Shown here piece after piece: positions 27,419-33,338 of a stretch of DNA of 60,658 bases. The stretch is from a bacterium (GTDB taxonomy: Bacteria; Patescibacteriota; Patescibacteriia; 2-12-FULL-60-25). Position numbers and translations under genes: made by a program. Under the pieces are notes generated by a model that had not been told where the DNA came from, searched no databases, and saw nothing but the letters and a program-made list of their open reading frames with translations. The stretch is taken from assembly GCA_035906575.1 (NCBI GenBank), contig JAMIEW010000040.1, positions 1 through 60,658 on the forward strand, in the 5' to 3' direction. Every line of letters starts with the position of its first letter. Position 1 is the first letter of the stretch.

Positions 27419-27870
27419 CGCCGTGACTCTTTCACGGTAACCATCCAACAACGCCAAGAAAGAGGGTATCAACCTTGCCCTATTTCGGCGGGTAACTCCG
27501 CCTCTAGATCGAAAGCGATCGCGTCTCCGTAGCCCGATCTTCAAACCTTCGCATTGGGGCCCGACAGCGCCCTGCACGATCTGAAGATCCACTACGACAA
27601 AGAAAGAGGTAATACGTGCCATGAAGATCTCCCGCGGGTAATGCCCGCGCGCCGAAACAGAGAGCGTAACGCAGCGCTACAGCCACCGACTTGATCGGTT
27701 GTGCCAAGAAGTAGCCGCAGGCAAACGCGTCTCAAATCGCCGTGACTCTATTCACGGTAACCCCGATTGCGAACACATCGCCGACGCTAGCGCGATGTAA
27801 GTAGAATCACCACCTACAAGAAAGAGGTTATACGTATCATGCACTTTTCCCGCAGGTAGCGCCTGCGCAA
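27419..27870 (+). repeat. tandem units of hairpin + SD + 6-codon mini-ORF + stop-in-loop hairpin (Y1-Y3)
   Basis: AAGAAAGAGG SD occurs three times. Mini-ORFs are 27475-27495 (TTG; LPYFGG), 27621-27641 (MKISRG) and 27838-27858 (MHFSRR). Each stop codon sits in the loop of a hairpin whose stem covaries: GGCGG/CCGCC, CGCGGG/CCCGCG, CGCAGG/CCTGCG. Confidence 0.6.
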
Positions 27871-27883
27871 CTTCACACCGACT

Positions 27884-27962
27884 GGATCCGACATCACGAA
27901 CACTCGTGCTCTGTCGGACTCCCCTTCTGCTCATGACCTCGCGTCGTGGCCAGATAGGAGTT
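27884..27962 (+). repeat. two-hairpin element R2
   Basis: Near-identical to R1 and R3. Confidence 0.7.
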
Positions 27963-28059
27963 CTCCCGCTCTCATTTCTCATCCTAACGACAACGTTAGA
28001 AAAAGAAACGAGAGCGGGAATGCACATTGCACAACCACCTGCTCCGAAGGAGATTTCAA
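27963..28059 (+). promoter_or_regulatory. conserved leader L2
   Basis: CTCCCGCTCTCATTTCT...CTAACG-acaa-CGTTAG...AGAAACGAGAGCGGGA, then CCTGCTCC followed by GAAGGAG SD. Confidence 0.55.
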
Positions 28060-28407
28060 GTGACCAAGATCGTTAACCTCACTCCCCACAGCATCACCCT
28101 TCGTGACGTCGACGGCGCGGACCACACGTTCGCCTCCGCCGGTGTCGCTCGTGTCACGAGCACCCCCGGTCAGCGAGAGCTGATCGACGGTGTGCCCGTC
28201 CCCGTCTTCGGGCGGGACACCTTCGGTGAGGTCATCGACCTCCCGGCCCCGGCCGACGGGGTCTTCTACGTCGTGTCCGGCATGGTCGGCGCAGCCCTGA
28301 ACGGCTCGCGCAACGACGTGCTGGTGCCCGGCACCGGTCCGAAGGACAACGCGATCCGCAACGAGGCTGGCCACATCGTGGCCGTGACCTGCCTCAAGCG
28401 GGCCTAA
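28060..28407 (+). CDS. small soluble protein S2, NLTPH-motif family (GC-rich paralogue of S1)
   Basis: 115 aa from GTG 28060, with GAAGGAG SD 7 nt upstream. VTKIVNLTPHSITL, DLPAPADGVFYVVSGMVGAALNGSRNDVLVP. Very G/C-rich third positions. Confidence 0.8.
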   Translation: MTKIVNLTPHSITLRDVDGADHTFASAGVARVTSTPGQRELIDGVPVPVFGRDTFGEVIDLPAPADGVFYVVSGMVGAALNGSRNDVLVPGTGPKDNAIRNEAGHIVAVTCLKRA

Positions 28408-28630
28408 AGCGTCTTCGGACGCAATCACGCTCTACCGGTGTATAGCGTGCACTCTGAATAAATCCACATGCTTCATCGGTAAAACCGGTTGAAGTAAGAA
28501 AGCGTTCTATCGTTCATTAACACTGCGCCACAAGGCGCTCGGGGAAACCCAACTCGAGATGATGTCCTTTCATTCTCGAGTTTCAATTCAGACACCGAAT
28601 CGAAAGATTGGGTAGCTGAAGCGAAATAGT

Positions 28631-28727
28631 TCTCGCTCTCATTTCTCATCCTAACGACAACGTTAGAACAAGAAACGAGAGCGGGACGTGCGATTTTGCA
28701 CCTTACAGCCCGCTCCATGGAGTTCCC
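28631..28727 (+). promoter_or_regulatory. conserved leader L3
   Basis: Nearly identical to L2 in the hairpin and to L1 in GTGCGATTTTGCAC. CCCGCTCC abuts the ATGGAG SD. Confidence 0.55.
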
Positions 28728-29198
28728 ATGGAAGTATACCTATCCAGTCACCCCCTGCTCGCGATCATCTTCTTCGCCGTACTGACCTGCGGACCCATGA
28801 TCGTGCTCGCAATGGTCGCAACCTCTTTCATGAAAGGGGTGCGGGGATCCTTCAAGCGATTGAAGGATATGGCCAACACCCAGAGCCAGATCCTCGTGAA
28901 TATGCGCAAGAACGAAGCAGATGAGATGGACATCGCCAACCAAGAGTTCTACTTCGAAAATGCGGTGTACCAGCGTCACGCAGCGGCTCAGTCGACGCTC
29001 ACGAAGGTGAGGTATCTCAGCTACAGCGCATTCGCTGGCTACTTCTTCGTGACGATGCCGAAGATCTACTTCGACGATGAAGTCGTCGCCGTGATCACGC
29101 GCATGCCCATCTTCGTCTTTTTCATCGTAGGTGTGATCACTAGCGTGATCACGGTCAAACGACTGAACGAGACGTCAGATGCCCTAGCATCCGAATAA
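28728..29198 (+). CDS. small 3-TM membrane protein M2 (paralogue of M1)
   Basis: 156 aa. LTCGP in TM1, QSTLTKVRYLSYSAFAGYFF, VGVITSVI. Confidence 0.75.
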   Translation: MEVYLSSHPLLAIIFFAVLTCGPMIVLAMVATSFMKGVRGSFKRLKDMANTQSQILVNMRKNEADEMDIANQEFYFENAVYQRHAAAQSTLTKVRYLSYSAFAGYFFVTMPKIYFDDEVVAVITRMPIFVFFIVGVITSVITVKRLNETSDALASE

Positions 29199-29209
29199 CG
29201 TGACCAACT

Positions 29210-29287
29210 GGATCCGACATCACGTACCTCGTGCTCTGTCGGACTCCCATTCTGATCATGACTTCAAGTCGTGGCCAGATAGGAGAT
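29210..29287 (+). repeat. two-hairpin element R3
   Basis: GGATCCGACATCACGTACCTCGTGCTCTGTCGGACTCCCATTCTGATCATGACTTCAAGTCGTGGCCAGATAGGAG. Confidence 0.7.
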
Positions 29288-29376
29288 CTCGCTCTCATTT
29301 CTTCTACCGAACATCGGTGCAAGAAACGAGAGCGGGATAAGCAGTTTTTGCCCAACCACCCGCTCCGGAGCTGACA
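29287..29376 (+). promoter_or_regulatory. conserved leader L4
   Basis: TCTCGCTCTCATTTCT...ACCGA-acat-TCGGT...AGAAACGAGAGCGGGA, GCA-gtttt-TGC, and CCCGCTCC directly fused to the GGAG SD. Confidence 0.55.
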
Positions 29377-29586
29377 ATGGAAACATCCATGACACGGTCC
29401 GAGGCACGCAATGTGCTCGCGGCCTACATGAACGCGGGTGCCCGGCACCCCCTCTTCGCAGAAGCGTGTGGCATGTGCCGCACGACTCCTGAGGCGGTCG
29501 AATCCGCGCGCAATAGCGTGCGAGGTATCGAGCGCAAGTTCAAGGGAGTGATCCTCACCCCCTCGGGCGGGCGTCGTCGCGGCTAG
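29377..29586 (+). CDS. hypothetical 69-aa protein
   Basis: GGAG SD 6 nt upstream. Preceded by L4 and followed by R4. Confidence 0.6.
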   Translation: METSMTRSEARNVLAAYMNAGARHPLFAEACGMCRTTPEAVESARNSVRGIERKFKGVILTPSGGRRRG

Positions 29587-29609
29587 CGACTTCGCACACA
29601 ATATCAATC

Positions 29610-29688
29610 TGGACCCGACACCACGAATGCTCGTGCTCTCTCGGGATCCTACTCTTGGCCATGACGTGTTGTCGTAGCCAAGACCAGG
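29610..29688 (+). repeat. two-hairpin element R4 (diverged, compensatory changes)
   Basis: GGACCCGACACCACGAATGCTCGTGCTCTCTCGGGATCCTACTCTTGGCCATGACGTGTTGTCGTAGCCAAGACCAGG. Stems are now CCCGA/TCGGG and TCTTGGC/GCCAAGA. Confidence 0.6.
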
Positions 29689-29716
29689 AAACGTTTTTCA
29701 AAAAAAGAGGTGTGCT

Positions 29717-29797
29717 CATGGGTGAAATTATCATCGCCATCATCATTTTCTATCTCCTTTCGGAGTAGATTTGAACGCAACAAAGAGGACAAAGTGA
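29717..29797 (+). CDS. 26-aa hydrophobic micro-protein (MGEIIIAIIIFYLLSGVDLNATKRTK)
   Basis: AAAGAGG SD 7 nt upstream. Its stop TGA overlaps the GTG start of the next ORF (GTGA). Too short to be on the supplied ORF track. Confidence 0.4.
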
Positions 29798-30057
29798 ACA
29801 CTTCAAAGAATAGCATCCAGCGCGGTCGCGAACTCGTCCTCGACGCTGGTCGTCTGGTCGGGCTCGTAGAAAGCGGATTTCCTCAATCGAGGAGTCTTGC
29901 TGACAAGCTGCGTCGAATCGCTATCAAAAGCGATGACGTACACAACTGTGTGCTCGCCTACGCTCATGCGCAAGGTGAACTCACCAAGACCGAACGGTGC
30001 GGTCTGCAGATTCTTCTCACTCACGAGGAGTATGCGCAAATCACCGGTTCAAACTAA
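29794..30057 (+). CDS. hypothetical 87-aa protein
   Basis: GTG start preceded by AAGAGGA SD. Translationally coupled to the micro-ORF. Confidence 0.55.
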   Translation: MNTSKNSIQRGRELVLDAGRLVGLVESGFPQSRSLADKLRRIAIKSDDVHNCVLAYAHAQGELTKTERCGLQILLTHEEYAQITGSN

Positions 30058-30240
30058 TGAACACCTGAGTCGAGGCGAAACAGTCACTCTGATTTCGCTC
30101 CCTCAATTCACTCATGAACACTGTTCGTGAGTGGATAAGGGATGAACATCCACGCAGCTACCAACAAGGAGGTTGGTGGCGCCGCGGGTGTTCAATGCCC
30201 GCAAAAAAACAGGCGAGAGCCTGAGAAAGGGTGGTAGATC

Positions 30241-30969
30241 ATGAGTATCGCCATCGCAATCGTCGTCAGTCTCATGGAACACTACGCGGTGATGATCAGT
30301 CAGAAGCTGATCATCCAACAGATCATCGAGCGCATCGACAAGGTGCGCCGACACGCGCAGGCGCATATCAGTGAGGACCTGTTCGCCCTTCGGGTCGAGC
30401 AGCAGATCCCCGAGACCGAGCTCATCAACGTGCTCGGTCTCGAGAGAAGCCTCGACGAGATCCCGGATTCCAAAATCCGAGGTATCGCAAAGGCGCTCTG
30501 TGGGATCAATCCCTACAAGGTGCGATCGTTGGAAGCTGGTTGTCGCCTGCTCATCGCAGAGCTGCAGCCCGCAAGTAACGAAGAACGAGAAGCGGATGAA
30601 GCCGCCTTTCGAAACAACCTCATGCGCCTCACGACGCGCTACTTGGCTCTGTCACAGAGCGAGCGCACTCAACTATTCGTGACCCTCGAAGGGACGCGAA
30701 CACGCGAGCAAAGTGAGACGCAGATGATCACGGAGCTCGTGAAGCTTCGTGTCGACGCTGAGATCGAGTACGAACGTGTGCTCGACGATCTACGCACTCT
30801 TCAAGCAGAGTGCCGCGTCCCGCAGGAACCCCTGTGTGACCCGCGTCGCCTCTCAGAAGGTGACCTCAAGCTGCACGCCCATCTCTACAGGGATGTCGTG
30901 CGACAACTCAAGAGCCAACTCACCCGTGCTGACAATCGTCGTCACGAACAACTTCAGGAGGCATCATGA
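30241..30969 (+). CDS. hypothetical protein with N-terminal hydrophobic segment and long predicted coiled coil
   Basis: 242 aa, GC-rich. MSIAIAIVVSLMEHYAVMI, then heptad-like charged sequence. Confidence 0.65.
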   Translation: MSIAIAIVVSLMEHYAVMISQKLIIQQIIERIDKVRRHAQAHISEDLFALRVEQQIPETELINVLGLERSLDEIPDSKIRGIAKALCGINPYKVRSLEAGCRLLIAELQPASNEEREADEAAFRNNLMRLTTRYLALSQSERTQLFVTLEGTRTREQSETQMITELVKLRVDAEIEYERVLDDLRTLQAECRVPQEPLCDPRRLSEGDLKLHAHLYRDVVRQLKSQLTRADNRRHEQLQEAS

Positions 30970-31145
30970 CCCTTGCTAGCGCCGCGTTCACTGCGGCATT
31001 CAACAAACAAACGAACGAAGACTCGGCCGAAGACACGGTCGAGGTCGACGTCCAAGCACTGGCTCGCGAGCTCGAAAAGAGCGGCGAGTACGACATGGCC
31101 ATCCGGCTGCGTCGTAGTTCACGGCCCCCTCGGCCGGCGAACTAG
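30966..31145 (+). CDS. hypothetical 59-aa protein
   Basis: ATGA start/stop overlap with the preceding gene. G/C-rich third positions. Below the 60-aa cut-off of the ORF track. Confidence 0.45.
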   Translation: MTLASAAFTAAFNKQTNEDSAEDTVEVDVQALARELEKSGEYDMAIRLRRSSRPPRPAN

Positions 31146-31214
31146 TCTGAATCTCTCGGAGGTGTACCATGGCATTCGCCTGGTACACCTCCGGAGATCC
31201 ACCACCTCATTGCA

Positions 31215-31323
31215 CTAAGCGATATGGAGGAGGCCTCCCGACGTAACGTCGGGATAGCAAGTTATCCCTCGGCTGCGGCTGAGCGATTCTCTCCCTTGCT
31301 CCCATCACCTCCATATCGCTTAG
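31215..31323 (+). promoter_or_regulatory. 109-nt structured RNA element in the leader of the 400-aa gene
   Basis: Perfect 16-bp closing helix CTAAGCGATATGGAGG / CCTCCATATCGCTTAG. It encloses CCCGACG-taa-CGTCGGG and the overlapping GGGATA..TATCCC hairpin. A 15-bp hairpin at 31155-31196 precedes it. Confidence 0.45.
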
Positions 31324-31362
31324 CGGAATACCGCGAAGCGCCCTCTCCGGGTTAGGAGAAAA

Positions 31363-32565
31363 ATGTTCGATGACTATCCGCCACAAGCGGATAAACAGGA
31401 GGTTAGAATGTTCATCAGTTTTTCCAAGAAGCGGCCGTATACCGACGGTCTTTCGCTCAGCAGCGCAAGCGAGTACTGCGGTGAGCGTACCGAATTCGAC
31501 GACGTGTCGGCGAGCAATATCGTCGGCAACATCGCGAGGTGCGCGCAGGTGCAGAACGAGGTTCACCTCGAGGGCAAGGTCTACAAGGCCTATGCCACCC
31601 TGGTCCTCGCGCTCGCCAAGGCGATGACCATCCCGGTCGCCGCCTGGGACGAATTCGTCATTCGTGTGCTCAAGCACATGAGCGACGCGGCGTACTCGGG
31701 CCACGGCTCGGTGCATGTCGACATCGTCAGGGCGATGAAGTCCATCGCATTGGTCAAAGACCGAGAGGGCAAGGTGATCTCCGCCCCGCTCGTGCGTGAG
31801 CGCAAGGGTGAGGGCGGTGCTCCCAGCACTTTCGAGGGGTACCGCGTTCGCCACTACGTGGTGAACGTTGATCAGGAGCTCTCGAACCCCGATCAAAACG
31901 GGATCGAGCTCCGCATCGCCGTCAACCAGTACCGAAAGGTCGTCGCCACGGGCAAGTTTGACCGCAATGGCGATCGACGGTACCAGTACCTCGTGCTCGG
32001 TGGGTTGCCGGTGTTGATCATCTGCTACCCGCCGAGTCACCGCGTAGTAACACAGGACGGTCAGAACTACGCCGTCATCAAGAGCTGGGCCGACCCCTTC
32101 GTAGCGATCGTGTGCGGCAAGAACTTGCCGCTGCTCATGGGACTCACCGAGTTCATGGGAGACGCCGAGGCCGCCTGCTACGAGAACCTCTACCCCAACA
32201 TCCATGCCTTCATGATGGATGATCGGGTCAAGGCGGTTCTCGCGGCGACGGCGGGTCAAGCGCCCCGGCTCACGTCGGGTCGCGACAGTGCGCCGACCAA
32301 GACGCCGGTGCTGACCGAAAAGCAGCGGCGAATGTTCGAGGAAGCCGAGGCCAAGAAGGCTGCAGAAGCCAAGGCCAAGGAGACTTCGGCAGCTGAAGCC
32401 ACGGTCACCCCGACCGATGAGCCGCCCAAGCCCGAGAAGAAGAAGCGTGTCCGCAAGTCCGACAAGACGAGCGACATCGCGCCTTCGACGGCCACCGAGA
32501 CCAACAACGCTACCCCCACCGAATCGGAAACGGCCTCTGCCGACACCGAGAAGGCTGCGGAGTAG
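31363..32565 (+). CDS. hypothetical protein with Lys/Glu/Ala/Thr-rich low-complexity C-terminus
   Basis: 400-aa GC-rich ORF. An alternative start is ATG 31408, with AGGAGG 5 nt upstream. The antisense ORF 31207-32568 is judged spurious. Confidence 0.7.
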   Translation: MFDDYPPQADKQEVRMFISFSKKRPYTDGLSLSSASEYCGERTEFDDVSASNIVGNIARCAQVQNEVHLEGKVYKAYATLVLALAKAMTIPVAAWDEFVIRVLKHMSDAAYSGHGSVHVDIVRAMKSIALVKDREGKVISAPLVRERKGEGGAPSTFEGYRVRHYVVNVDQELSNPDQNGIELRIAVNQYRKVVATGKFDRNGDRRYQYLVLGGLPVLIICYPPSHRVVTQDGQNYAVIKSWADPFVAIVCGKNLPLLMGLTEFMGDAEAACYENLYPNIHAFMMDDRVKAVLAATAGQAPRLTSGRDSAPTKTPVLTEKQRRMFEEAEAKKAAEAKAKETSAAEATVTPTDEPPKPEKKKRVRKSDKTSDIAPSTATETNNATPTESETASADTEKAAE

Positions 32566-32574
32566 CACTGATGC

Positions 32575-32620
32575 GCCCGAGGACGATCCAATCTGGATTG
32601 TCCTCGGGTTTTGCGTTTTA
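32575..32620 (+). terminator. intrinsic terminator closing island E
   Basis: CCCGAGGAC...GTCCTCGGG followed by TTTTGCGTTTT. Confidence 0.75.
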
Positions 32621-32633
32621 CGCTTTTTTCTTT

Positions 32634-33335
32634 TTATTCACTTGTCGTTGTTGCCGCTGTGGCCCGTTCATACATCACACGTCTTACTTCGACCGTTTCA
32701 GCGCCACGTCGGCGTTTGGCCGTAATCACAAACATGGTTGTGCCCTGAGGGATACGAATCGTCTGTTCAAAATCTCCGCTTGGCGATACGGCTGAAGCTG
32801 CACCATTTACCATCACTAATGCCCCCGGATCGGTTTTACCTTTAATCACCACTTCTGGTTGATTCACTTTTAACCCGTCTTCTGGCGTCGACACAATAAG
32901 TGACGGCGCATTCGTAATCGTTCGCGCTTGATAGACGACATAGCCGCCGAGCGCCAAGATAAACAACAAAAAACCTGCAGCAGCAAATAATCGCGGCGTC
33001 ACTAAAAATGCACTCGCCGAAACTTTGACCGGACGTGGCAAAAATTGTGATGCATCTTTTTCGATTTTGCGCAGACGAAGGCCTTCGCGGTACTTATGCA
33101 AATAATAACTGTCGTTCACGCCAAAACGCGTCACGTACATTTTTAATAAACGCTCAACATATGCCGGGTCAGGTAATTCTGACCAGCGCTCGCCTTCAAG
33201 GGCGCGGATGAATCCGGGAGTGAGCTTTGAGAGCTTGGCGGCTTCTTCGATACTAAGTCCTGCACGTTCGCGCAACTCAATAAGATCTGGACCAAGCGCG
33301 GCTGTCCCGTTTACTTTTTTAAGGATGAAGGCCAT
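32634..33335 (-). CDS. RodZ-like helix-turn-helix membrane protein
   Basis: N-terminal HTH (LRERAGLSIEEAAKLSKLTPGFIRALE), a single TM, and a C-terminal beta-rich domain. Confidence 0.7.
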   Translation of the reverse strand: MAFILKKVNGTAALGPDLIELRERAGLSIEEAAKLSKLTPGFIRALEGERWSELPDPAYVERLLKMYVTRFGVNDSYYLHKYREGLRLRKIEKDASQFLPRPVKVSASAFLVTPRLFAAAGFLLFILALGGYVVYQARTITNAPSLIVSTPEDGLKVNQPEVVIKGKTDPGALVMVNGAASAVSPSGDFEQTIRIPQGTTMFVITAKRRRGAETVEVRRVMYERATAATTTSE

Positions 33336-33338
33336 AGG

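Noticed and set aside
27362-29607. Minus-strand ORFs that repeat peptide strings such as SNVVVRMRNES and PIWPRxEVMxRxGVRQST (27362-27622, 27752-28027, 28473-28718, 29155-29607, 29555-29746).
   Set aside because: The repeated peptides are simply translations of the R and L nucleotide repeats. The diverged copy R4 changes by stem-compensating substitutions rather than synonymous ones. U-G wobbles fit plus-strand RNA only. The repeats also lie exactly in plus-strand intergenic positions.
26765-29688. The direct repeats could be a CRISPR array or integron attC sites.
   Set aside because: The repeat units are 78-130 nt and are separated by whole genes of 0.2-0.5 kb, not by 25-50-nt spacers. There are no cas genes. 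The hairpins lack the RYYYAAC/GTTRRRY boundary cores of attC. No intI-type integrase or attI is present in the window.
31207-32568. Long antisense ORFs inside the GC-rich islands: 31207-32568 (453 aa), 13320-13979, 23512-24156 and 27979-28428.
   Set aside because: High G+C suppresses stop codons on all frames. The plus-strand frames carry the SDs and the G/C third-position periodicity. The antisense translations are Arg/Gly/Leu-rich low-complexity sequence without start signals.
25560-32620. Calling island E a prophage, plasmid remnant, ICE, retron or DGR.
   Set aside because: No integrase, recombinase, reverse transcriptase, capsid, terminase, portal, Rep or Par motifs were recognised. No flanking direct repeats or tRNA attachment site were found either. 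Only the regulatory-region style and the compositional skew hint at a mobile origin.
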